Origin: Porticoccaceae bacterium
GTDB taxonomy: Bacteria > Pseudomonadota > Gammaproteobacteria > Pseudomonadales > Porticoccaceae
NCBI GenBank assembly: GCA_049890135.1
Contig: JBMHCB010000006.1
Location: 47,607 to 111,606 of the forward strand
Direction: 5' to 3'
Length of the DNA stretch: 64,000 nucleotides
Positions 31,691 through 39,952 of this stretch are shown here, piece by piece; position 1 is the stretch's first letter; each line of letters starts with the position of its first letter. The notes under the pieces are model-generated. The model was not told where the DNA came from. It made no database searches and saw only the letters and a program-made list of their open reading frames with translations. Both the position numbers and the translations under genes were made by a program.

Positions 31691-34084
31691 ATGAAATTTA
31701 GTGAATCGTGGTTACGTCAATCAGTAAACCCCTCCATCTCAACTGAAGACTTAGTTGCCCAAATTACTATGGCTGGTCTAGAGGTCGATGCTGTGGAATC
31801 TGCTTCACCTGATATAAGTGGTGTTGTTGTGGGTGAAATTATCGCAGTAGAGCAGCATCCAGATGCGAATAAGCTCAGAGTCTGTCAGGTGGCCGGTAAT
31901 GGAGACACTGAGCTGCAAGTGGTTTGCGGTGCAGCCAATGCTCGGGTGGGTATAAAAGTACCTTTCGCGACGGTTGGCGCTAATCTGCCTGAAGGTTTCA
32001 AAATTAAAAAAGCCGAGTTACGTGGGGTTGAGTCCTTAGGTATGCTTTGCGGTCAAACTGAGCTTGCGTTAGGTGATGATGACACTGGCCTATGGGAGCT
32101 ACCCGCCGATGCAGTGGTGGGCCAAGACCTGCTTGAATATCTTGATTTAAATGACAATATTATTGAGGTGGATTTAACTCCAAATCGTGCAGACTGCTTA
32201 AGTATTCGCGGCCTGGCTCGCGAAGTGGGCGTACTAAATTGTGAGCCAGTCAAGCAATTAGAAATTACCGCGGTTAAGCCAACCATTAAAGAGTCATTAA
32301 AGGTATCTATTGAAGCACCACAGGCCTGTGGCCGCTATGCTGGTCGTGTTGTGCGTGGCGTAGATTTAACGCGCCCAACCCCCTTATGGATGCAAGAGCG
32401 TTTGCGTCGTAGCGGTATTAGAACCCTAGGACCAGCAGTTGATATTACCAACTATGTATTGCTTGAGTTAGGTCAACCCATGCACGCCTTTGATCTGTCT
32501 AAATTAGAGGGTGATATTGTCGTGCGTATGGGGCAGGGTGAAACCCTTGAATTATTAGATGACAGTAAGGTCAAGGTAGCCAAAGATACCCTAGTAATTG
32601 CTGATCAGTCACAGTCCTTAGCGTTGGCAGGGATTATGGGTGGCGCACAATCAGCTGTTTCTGATACTACTAGCGATATATTTTTTGAAAGTGCTTGGTT
32701 TGATCCGATTGCTATAGCGGGCAAAGCAAGAAATTATGGCAAGCATACAGATTCATCGCATCGCTTTGAGCGAGGTGTTGACTCCGATTTACAAATTCAG
32801 GCGCTAGAGCGTGCCACAGCCCTTATGTTAGATATTTGTGGTGGTGATGCCGGCCCAGTTACAGTAGCCGAAGCATCAGATTATCTGCCTAAGCCTGTTA
32901 CTATAGCGTTGCGCGATCAACATCTTGCCCAGCAATTAGGTGTTAGTATCGATGCTAACATCGTTGACGATATGCTAACCCGCCTTGGTCTAACCCAAGA
33001 GCAGCGCGATGCCGATCAAGGTCTATGGCAATCACCCAGTTGGCGCTTTGATTTAGCGATTGAGCAAGATCTAGTTGAAGAGGTGGCCAGAGTTTATGGC
33101 TATAACAACTTGCCCGTTACAACTCCAGCTATGGCGGTCGATATTCAACCCAAAAAAGAAGCTGTGAAACCCCTTGAGTATTTTAGAGATCGTTTGGTTT
33201 CCTTAGGTTATCAAGAGGCTATTACCTATAGTTTTGTCGATCCTCAGTTGCTCGAGTTATTAGATCCGCAGCGTCAAGGCGTTAAGGTGAGTAATCCGAT
33301 ATCCCAAGATCTTTCAGTTATGCGCACAAGCCTATGGCCTGGCCTAGTCAATGCAGCAGTACATAATCTTAATCGACAACAAGCTAGAGTGCGTCTATTT
33401 GAGGTAGGGCAGTGTTTTATTCCATCAAAAAGTGCATCAGCGATTGCAGGTCTAGAGCAAAACCTAGCGCTAGGTGGACTTATTTGTGGTTCAAGGCTGC
33501 CTGTAGGTTGGAGCAGCGGTAAAGAGCAAGTTGACTTCTATGATCTTAAAGGTGATTTAGAGGCTATACTGATAGATAATCAGTGTGATGCAAAGCTATC
33601 TTTCACTGCAGCTACCCACCCTGCATTACATCCTGGGCAGTCGGCAGAAGTGATGTCTAGCGGTGAATCTGTGGGATGGATAGGGCGATTGCATCCGTCG
33701 CTAGAATCTAAATTAGAGATTAATAAACCAGTCTATTTATTCCATGTAGATATTGGCAAGATTAACGAATTTGGCGACTTAAAGGCTAAAGAAGTAAGCA
33801 AGTTCCCCGAAGTTAGGCGAGATTTGGCGTTTATGGTGTCCGCTTCGACACCTGCTCAACGATTGATCGATGAGGCTAAATCAGTGGCAGGTGAATCCCT
33901 TAGTGATTTAAAGTTATTTGATGTTTATCACGGCAAAGATGTTGAAACTAAAGGAAAAAGTATTGCTTTGGGCTTGACCTTTCAGCACAGTTCGCGCACT
34001 CTTACGGATCAAGAGATAAATCAGTCAATTGATAAGGTTATTAATCAACTGAAAAAATCTCTAGGGGCCGAATTAAGAAGTTAA
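31691..34084 (+). CDS. pheT: Phenylalanyl-tRNA synthetase beta subunit
   Basis: 797 aa with an N-terminal tRNA-binding OB domain (HPDANKLRVCQV), B3/4 and B5 regions and a C-terminal FDX-ACB domain. Confidence 0.95.
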   Translation: MKFSESWLRQSVNPSISTEDLVAQITMAGLEVDAVESASPDISGVVVGEIIAVEQHPDANKLRVCQVAGNGDTELQVVCGAANARVGIKVPFATVGANLPEGFKIKKAELRGVESLGMLCGQTELALGDDDTGLWELPADAVVGQDLLEYLDLNDNIIEVDLTPNRADCLSIRGLAREVGVLNCEPVKQLEITAVKPTIKESLKVSIEAPQACGRYAGRVVRGVDLTRPTPLWMQERLRRSGIRTLGPAVDITNYVLLELGQPMHAFDLSKLEGDIVVRMGQGETLELLDDSKVKVAKDTLVIADQSQSLALAGIMGGAQSAVSDTTSDIFFESAWFDPIAIAGKARNYGKHTDSSHRFERGVDSDLQIQALERATALMLDICGGDAGPVTVAEASDYLPKPVTIALRDQHLAQQLGVSIDANIVDDMLTRLGLTQEQRDADQGLWQSPSWRFDLAIEQDLVEEVARVYGYNNLPVTTPAMAVDIQPKKEAVKPLEYFRDRLVSLGYQEAITYSFVDPQLLELLDPQRQGVKVSNPISQDLSVMRTSLWPGLVNAAVHNLNRQQARVRLFEVGQCFIPSKSASAIAGLEQNLALGGLICGSRLPVGWSSGKEQVDFYDLKGDLEAILIDNQCDAKLSFTAATHPALHPGQSAEVMSSGESVGWIGRLHPSLESKLEINKPVYLFHVDIGKINEFGDLKAKEVSKFPEVRRDLAFMVSASTPAQRLIDEAKSVAGESLSDLKLFDVYHGKDVETKGKSIALGLTFQHSSRTLTDQEINQSIDKVINQLKKSLGAELRS

Positions 34085-34121
34085 TTGGGTTAGGATAATT
34101 TCGATATATAGGTAATGTTTG

Positions 34122-34421
34122 ATGAGTGCACTTACAAAAGCTGATCTAGCCGAAATGCTATTTGACGAACTAGGCCTCAATAAACGTGAAGCTAAAGAAG
34201 TTGTCGAAATGTTCTATTCCGAAATTATCCACGCACTCGAAAACAATGATCCAGTTAAATTATCTGGGTTTGGCAACTTCGAATTGCGGGATAAAAAAAG
34301 TCGCCCCGGTCGAAACCCAAAAACCGGTGAAGATGTGGCTATTTCTGCAAGGCGTGTAGTTACCTTTAAACCCGGTCAAAAATTAAAGAATCGGGTAGAA
34401 ATGCATGCTGGAACCAAGTAA
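34122..34421 (+). CDS. ihfA: Integration host factor alpha subunit
   Basis: [13 protein letters not shown]... with [22 protein letters not shown]. The ATG at 34122 is one codon inside the tracked TTG. Confidence 0.93.
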   Translation: MSALTKADLAEMLFDELGLNKREAKEVVEMFYSEIIHALENNDPVKLSGFGNFELRDKKSRPGRNPKTGEDVAISARRVVTFKPGQKLKNRVEMHAGTK

Positions 34422-34764
34422 CAACAATCAGCTTCCAACTATTCCTGGAAAACGCTACTTTACTATTGGTGAAGTAAGCGAGCTGTGTGCGGTAAAGCCT
34501 CATGTTTTAAGATACTGGGAGCAAGAATTCCCGAGTCTAAATCCGGTTAAACGCCGAGGTAACCGTCGTTACTATCAGCGTGAAGATGTTGTTCTTATTC
34601 GTCAAATTCGCTCTTTACTCTACGAGCACGGCTTCACCATCGGTGGGGCCAAACAGCGTTTAGAGGGCGAAACCACCAAGAAAGAGAGCACACCCTATAA
34701 TCAATTAGTCGCCCAGACTATTTCAGAATTAGAAGACGTTTTAGAGTCTCTTTCGCGCAAATAA
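34405..34764 (+). CDS. MerR-family transcriptional regulator
   Basis: 119 aa with the [28 protein letters not shown]. It overlaps the ihfA 3' end by 17 nt. Confidence 0.8.
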   Translation: MLEPSNNNQLPTIPGKRYFTIGEVSELCAVKPHVLRYWEQEFPSLNPVKRRGNRRYYQREDVVLIRQIRSLLYEHGFTIGGAKQRLEGETTKKESTPYNQLVAQTISELEDVLESLSRK

Positions 34765-34794
34765 AAACTATAGCAACTAAACTATCGGTATTGG

Positions 34795-34822
34795 TTGCAA
34801 TAGTCCAAAGGTAATGTATTAT
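34795..34822 (+). promoter_or_regulatory. Candidate sigma70 promoter for tRNA-Pro
   Basis: TTGCAA (34795-34800), 16-nt spacer, TATTAT (34817-34822), then a GC-rich discriminator (GCCGACC) 14 nt before the mature 5' end. This is a pattern match only. Confidence 0.35.
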
Positions 34823-34836
34823 TGCCGACCTCAAAT

Positions 34837-34913
34837 CGGGGCGTAGCGCAGCCTGGTAGCGCACTACACTGGGGGTGTAGTGGTCGCAGGTTCAAATCCT
34901 GCCGTCCCGACCA
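34837..34913 (+). tRNA. tRNA-Pro (anticodon GGG)
   Basis: I folded the cloverleaf by hand. The acceptor CGGGGCG pairs with CGTCCCG (one G-U), the anticodon stem is CTACA/TGTAG with loop CTGGGGG, the T-arm is GCAGG-TTCAAAT-CCTGC, and the 3' CCA is encoded. Confidence 0.9.
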
Positions 34914-34920
34914 AATAAAT

Positions 34921-34950
34921 AAAAAGGCCTTCCTTGTGGAGGCCTTTTTT
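34921..34950. terminator. Bidirectional terminator shared by tRNA-Pro and the convergent sulfatase gene
   Basis: AAAAAGGCCT (34921-34930), loop TCCTTGTGG, AGGCCTTTTT. The arms are perfectly complementary and A/T runs lie on both sides. Confidence 0.65.
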
Positions 34951-34987
34951 GTTCTTTACATCAAATTATGTGTCGGTGCTTTTCAGT

Positions 34988-36427
34988 TTATAATGCCGGA
35001 TCGCTGGGGCACCGTCTATGAGAGAAGCCTTTGCGATCACACACAGCTAGCTCGCTTTTTATCCCCATATCACCTTGTTGATGCATCCATGTAGTTAGTT
35101 TTTGTTTTAACACAACCAGTTGTTTTTGATGCTGCGGCTGATTGATAATATTGATTCGTTCGAATGGGTCATTAACCATATCGTACAATTCATATTCTGG
35201 TCGTTGTAGATAGTTTGAAAAATTTTCTTTTCCCTGTTTTTTTTCAAGCGCAAGTTCTTCTTTAAACCATTTTCCTGCGGTTAAAATATTGGAGAAGCTA
35301 TTATTTGGCATTAAATTGTGGATTAGTTTAAGGCGTTTGGTGCGAACTGATCTTATGGGGTAGGGTGCTCCTTCATGAATGTTAAAGCTTGTTTGAATGC
35401 CATAAACATATTCTTTGTGTTCTGTTTTTTTGCCAATTAAAACCGATTTAAAGCTTTTTCCATCTAGATTTTTTGGCACTGTGTTACTCACTATATCAGT
35501 CAGTGTTGGAATGACGTCCACATATTCAATCATTGCGTTGCTGACGGAGTTTGGTTTTATATTATTTGGCCAGCGAACAATAAATGCTGTTTTTAGACCG
35601 TTGTCATAATTAGTCCACTTGGCAAATGGCAGAGCGCTGCCTTGCTCGCTGGTGAAAATAAAGATTGTGTCGTTTTTGATACCGAGTTTTTGAATTTCGG
35701 CTTCAAGCAAACCTACTTCGCGATCTAGGTCAGAGACTTCGGCAAGATATTTTGACAGTTGCTGACGCAGTGCTTTGGTATCATTTAAAAACTTTGGTAT
35801 CTGTAATTTATCCGGTGGATACTGCTTTGTATCTCCTCGACTCCAAGGGGTGTGGGGGTTTGCAGATGCAGCAACTAAGAAAAAGGGCTGAGTCTTATTT
35901 CGAGAGATAAATTTTCGGGTAGTTTCTATACCAAAGGAGGATTCTCCTGAGGCTTCTCTGTTTGGTTTGCCGACACGCTCAAATGGAAATGACTTTCCTG
36001 GAAAGATATGGCCCTTTCCAGCTAAGCCAACTCGATAGCCCAATGCTCTAAAGTAATGAGCGGCACTTTTTACCCCATCATAGACTCGAGTATGATTGCC
36101 GTAGGCCCCGTTGCGAATTGGGTAAATACCTGTATAAAGCTGCTGTCGGGTGACGCCACACATAGCTGTTGCGGTAAATGATTGGGTAAATAGCATGCCT
36201 TCTTTAGCTAGCTTATCAATATTAGGTGTAATGGCATTTTTAGGCGCATAGTCATAGAGTTGATGATAGGCGCCAATATCAAACCAATTTAAGTCATCGG
36301 CAAGAACAAGGATAATGTTGGGTGATTTGCTGGCTTCTGAGGGTTTTGCTGATAGAGAGTTATATGGCGTTAAAACAGCAATCAAAAGAAGTAAATTGGC
36401 CAATCTTTTTTGAAATTGATTCATCAT
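34988..36427 (-). CDS. S1-family sulfatase with an atypical CGVTR active-site motif
   Basis: 479 aa with a signal peptide, the metal-binding NIILVLADDL, and CGVTRQQLYTG in place of the canonical CxPxRxxxxTG. Confidence 0.88.
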   Translation of the reverse strand: MMNQFQKRLANLLLLIAVLTPYNSLSAKPSEASKSPNIILVLADDLNWFDIGAYHQLYDYAPKNAITPNIDKLAKEGMLFTQSFTATAMCGVTRQQLYTGIYPIRNGAYGNHTRVYDGVKSAAHYFRALGYRVGLAGKGHIFPGKSFPFERVGKPNREASGESSFGIETTRKFISRNKTQPFFLVAASANPHTPWSRGDTKQYPPDKLQIPKFLNDTKALRQQLSKYLAEVSDLDREVGLLEAEIQKLGIKNDTIFIFTSEQGSALPFAKWTNYDNGLKTAFIVRWPNNIKPNSVSNAMIEYVDVIPTLTDIVSNTVPKNLDGKSFKSVLIGKKTEHKEYVYGIQTSFNIHEGAPYPIRSVRTKRLKLIHNLMPNNSFSNILTAGKWFKEELALEKKQGKENFSNYLQRPEYELYDMVNDPFERINIINQPQHQKQLVVLKQKLTTWMHQQGDMGIKSELAVCDRKGFSHRRCPSDPAL

Positions 36428-36469
36428 CTTACTTCATATTAGTCAGGCACCTAAGATATAGGGGCTAGA

Positions 36470-37498
36470 CTATTTGAGTGTTTTAATTGATGTTGATTCG
36501 CGCATGATAATCTCAGTGGGAAGTAGTTCCATATTTGGATTTTCATCTGATTCCGCACGGCATTTTTCAATCAATATTTTTACCGCTGTCGCTGCCATTT
36601 CTTTGATCGGCTGACGAACAGTGGTCAGTTGAGGCCAGACAACAGTGGCTACTAAGCTATCGTCAAAACCAGCGATAGAGAGATCATCTGGTACTGAGAG
36701 TCCAGCTTTGTGAGCGGCGGCTATTAATGCTGCAGCCATTTCGTCATTGCTGGCAAAAATAGCGGTTGGTCGTTGGGGTTGCTTAAGCAGTTTTTCACCA
36801 GCAATTAGTGCAGATCGGTATTCAAAATTACCTTCCTGAATAAAGCTATCTGGAACGGACAGATTGGCGTCTTTCATCGCCGATAAAAATCCTTCTTGTC
36901 TTCGTCTGGTTGTTGCAGTTCCTTTGCGACCGGTAATAAAACCAATTGATGTATGGCCCAATTCAATCAGTTTTGTTGTCATTTCTTTTGCGGCTTGGTG
37001 GTCATTTATCTCAACACGAAGTCCCAGCTCCTCTGAGATACTTGGTGAGATTCTTGCAAATGGTTTACCCGCTGACATAAGGGCTTTCAGAATTGATGGC
37101 TCATCGCAGAGTGGGGGAGGCAGTATCATACCGTCTAAATTAGATTGAACTATAAGGTTATTAATGTCCTCTGTGATGGTGGCTGAGGATAAACTGACTG
37201 GCTCAACAATTAGGTGATAACCATCTTGCCGTGATTGCTCCATAGCTCCTTGTAATAACTCGACAATATAGCTTGCATTTGGGTTATCAAATATAAGGCC
37301 TAGCACATAGGAGCGAGAGCCAACAGCTGCTCTGGGTGCAACACTGGGTCGATAGTTTAGAGTTTTGATAGCTTCCTCAACCGCAGCTCTAGTTTTAGGG
37401 CTAACTTTTGGTTCCTTTCGGACCACACGTGAGGCAGTTTTAATGGAGACCTTTGCTAGTTTTGCTATATCACTAAGTGTTGATTTACTTTGGATCAT
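36470..37498 (-). CDS. LacI-family transcriptional regulator
   Basis: 342 aa with the N-terminal HTH STLSDIAKLAKVSIKTASRVV and a periplasmic-binding-protein-like sugar-binding core. It is divergent from the sulfatase at 37798. Confidence 0.9.
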   Translation of the reverse strand: MIQSKSTLSDIAKLAKVSIKTASRVVRKEPKVSPKTRAAVEEAIKTLNYRPSVAPRAAVGSRSYVLGLIFDNPNASYIVELLQGAMEQSRQDGYHLIVEPVSLSSATITEDINNLIVQSNLDGMILPPPLCDEPSILKALMSAGKPFARISPSISEELGLRVEINDHQAAKEMTTKLIELGHTSIGFITGRKGTATTRRRQEGFLSAMKDANLSVPDSFIQEGNFEYRSALIAGEKLLKQPQRPTAIFASNDEMAAALIAAAHKAGLSVPDDLSIAGFDDSLVATVVWPQLTTVRQPIKEMAATAVKILIEKCRAESDENPNMELLPTEIIMRESTSIKTLK

Positions 37499-37797
37499 TT
37501 CTTCCTCTGAATTTCTAAATATACACCAATAAAAAAACAGGTAGTTTTATTCGCTGTCTATTATGCAGTTATGTTCATTAAAATTAAAATTTAATAATAA
37601 TGTGAAGTGCTAATAATACATCAAGGTTCTTTTAGCGATTTTATTTGATAAATCTCGGTTGGCCATAAGGTTTCTAATTGCAGCGTTTGTAACTGCTGAT
37701 TTAGTATGATTAAACCCTAGATCCGCCTCTTTTCCCTTGATGATGACAATATAATCATTATAATCAAAAAATTAAATTTTAGGTAGGTCTTATTGCG

Positions 37798-39255
37798 ATG
37801 CAAAAGAATGTTATGGTTTTTGCGTTCTTGGTTTTGTCTGGGTTGCTGGTCAGTCTAGACCTGTATTCGGATATTCCGTTGCCTGCTAAAAAAAGTGATC
37901 GGCCGAATGTTTTATTTATTTCTGTCGATGATTTGCGCCCTGATATTGGTAGTTATGGTCATCCTGTTGCCAAAACTCCAAATTTGGATAACTTTTCTAA
38001 GTCTGCTGTGTTGTTTGAGCAAGCCTATACTCAACAGGCAGTTTGTGGTCCTTCTCGTGCTGCTTTGCTAACAGGATTAAGGCCCTCTACCACAGGGATT
38101 AAGCGTCTTGATCAAACTGTTTCAGGGACTTTGCCTAGCATTACAACAATGAATATGCTGTTTAAGCAAAGTGGTTATGAGACGGTATCTATTGGCAAAA
38201 TATACCATCATTTTAATGACGATGCCGATGGATGGTCTAAGCCGCCCTTTGATATTGCCTATGATGCTAGAAGAGACCGCAAAAAGCGCGGTTTGCCAAA
38301 TCCGCCTTATGATGTTTGGGCATCTGAAGAATTATTACCTGATGCTAAAAATGTTGCATATGCTGTCAATGAGCTTGAAAGGCTTAGTCGGCGAGATAAT
38401 CCTTTCTTTCTAGCCGTAGGCCTGCATCGTCCTCATCTACCTTTTAGAGCGCCTAAAAGTGATTGGGATAAATATGACCTAGAGAAGGTGCCATTGCCGA
38501 AAACAACAGAGCAGCAAATAGGTGCTCCAGATTGGGCGGTAGTTGCTTGGGAAATCTGGAACTATGATGACTTACCTCCAAAACCCGGCCCTATGCCGAA
38601 AGCAACAGGGGATCGGTTAAGGCATGGTTACCTAGCATCTGTTTCATTTGTTGATGGCTTGGTGGGACAGCTAATTGCAAAAATTTCGTCCTTAGGTTTG
38701 GATAAAAACACAGTCATTGTTATTTGGGGTGACCATGGGTTTAAGTTAGGTGATCATGGCGGTTGGTCTAAGCACTCAACAGTAGAGCTTGATATCCATA
38801 TTCCTCTAATAATTCGAGTGCCGGGCATGAAAACACCAGGTGCGCGAACGGATGCGCTGGTTGAAACGGTCGATATTTACCCAACACTTATTGATATTGC
38901 CGGCCTTGATCAACCACATGCTTTAGAGGGTATATCTTTAATGCCGCTTATTAATAAACCAGATCGTCCCTGGAAAGAAGCGGTTTTTGCTCAATTTCCT
39001 CGTTACGTTAAAAGACAGTTAGCAATGGGTGAGACTGTTCGAACTCATCGTTATCGATATACAGCATGGGTGGGAACTGCCAATGGCCAAATTATTGATC
39101 AAGAGCTTTATGATCATGAAAAAGATCCCATTGAATCGATAAATGTTGCTAAAAATACTGATTATCGTCTTGAGCTTGAGCGTCATGAAAAATTAAGAAA
39201 TGAGGGTTGGGGTAAGGTTCAAAAAGAATTGATAAAAAAGTTGACTCAAAAATAA
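37798..39255 (+). CDS. S1-family sulfatase (iduronate-2-sulfatase-like)
   Basis: 485 aa with a signal peptide, NVLFISVDDLR and the Cys-type motif CGPSRAALLTG. Confidence 0.9.
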   Translation: MQKNVMVFAFLVLSGLLVSLDLYSDIPLPAKKSDRPNVLFISVDDLRPDIGSYGHPVAKTPNLDNFSKSAVLFEQAYTQQAVCGPSRAALLTGLRPSTTGIKRLDQTVSGTLPSITTMNMLFKQSGYETVSIGKIYHHFNDDADGWSKPPFDIAYDARRDRKKRGLPNPPYDVWASEELLPDAKNVAYAVNELERLSRRDNPFFLAVGLHRPHLPFRAPKSDWDKYDLEKVPLPKTTEQQIGAPDWAVVAWEIWNYDDLPPKPGPMPKATGDRLRHGYLASVSFVDGLVGQLIAKISSLGLDKNTVIVIWGDHGFKLGDHGGWSKHSTVELDIHIPLIIRVPGMKTPGARTDALVETVDIYPTLIDIAGLDQPHALEGISLMPLINKPDRPWKEAVFAQFPRYVKRQLAMGETVRTHRYRYTAWVGTANGQIIDQELYDHEKDPIESINVAKNTDYRLELERHEKLRNEGWGKVQKELIKKLTQK

Positions 39256-39295
39256 ATTAATCATTTAAACCATTAAAAATAAGGAAGCTATAACA

Positions 39296-39682
39296 ATGAA
39301 AAAACATATTAAACTTTCCTGTCTTTTATTTGTTCCAATTGTCTGTACTGCCGAATCTAAAGAGGCCTGGCAAGCGTTCGATAAGAATAAGGATAATGCC
39401 TTAACCATAGCTGAATTCGCTAATTATAAAGCAGATCAATATGCTGATTTAGATGTGAGTGGTGATGGAAAATGGTCAAAATCAGAATTTGTTAAAGGGC
39501 TCAGAGATATGAAGGATATGGACCCACATTGGCTTAGAGAAAAATTTAGACGTTTTGATAAAGACGATAATGGTATTTTGACAATAGAAGAAGCTGAAAA
39601 AGAAATTGCAGTAAACTTTAAATGGTTAGATAAAGACAAGAGTAAAACAATTACTAAAAAAGAGATGCCAAAAAAGTTCTAG
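39296..39682 (+). CDS. Secreted four-EF-hand calcium-binding protein
   Basis: 128 aa with a signal peptide (LFVPIVCTAES) and four canonical 12-residue EF loops: DKNKDNALTIAE, DVSGDGKWSKSE, DKDDNGILTIEE and DKDKSKTITKKE. Confidence 0.8.
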   Translation: MKKHIKLSCLLFVPIVCTAESKEAWQAFDKNKDNALTIAEFANYKADQYADLDVSGDGKWSKSEFVKGLRDMKDMDPHWLREKFRRFDKDDNGILTIEEAEKEIAVNFKWLDKDKSKTITKKEMPKKF

Positions 39683-39721
39683 CTTCTTTTCAGGATACAA
39701 AAAAATAGTTGCTTAAACGAC

Positions 39722-39745
39722 CATAGTGACATTATTGTCACTATG
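39722..39745. repeat. 24-bp near-perfect inverted repeat (candidate operator or RNA hairpin) upstream of the TBDR operon
   Basis: CATAGTGACATTATTGTCACTATG has 11 of 12 symmetric pairs complementary. It lies 39 nt after the EF-hand stop and 207 nt before the TBDR ATG. No U-tract follows on either strand. Confidence 0.85.
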
Positions 39746-39952
39746 ATTGCAAGATGTTACTATTTAGCAGGAATTTAGTTTATCTATGCTTTTGCATGTT
39801 CAGGGCCAATATTTGTCTGTGAGGCTAAGCTAGTTAGAGTATGATCGACATCATAAGTCATTTCCGGAGAGGGGAGATTGCAACGGGGTATTGGGCTACT
39901 TAATCAATAAGTATGCTTTTGAATTACCGTTGTCAATAATTGGAGAAATATA

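Noticed and set aside
34822-35094. 90-aa plus-strand ORF covering tRNA-Pro, its terminator and the sulfatase 3' end.
   Set aside because: It reads straight through a well-folding tRNA and a terminator hairpin, so it is an artefact of ORF calling.
39722-39745. Reading the 24-bp palindrome as a CRP/FNR-type site (TGTGA-N6-TCACA).
   Set aside because: The GTGA/TCAC cores are separated by 8 nt rather than 6, shifted one position per half-site, so it does not fit the CRP geometry. It is kept as an unassigned dyad in the findings.
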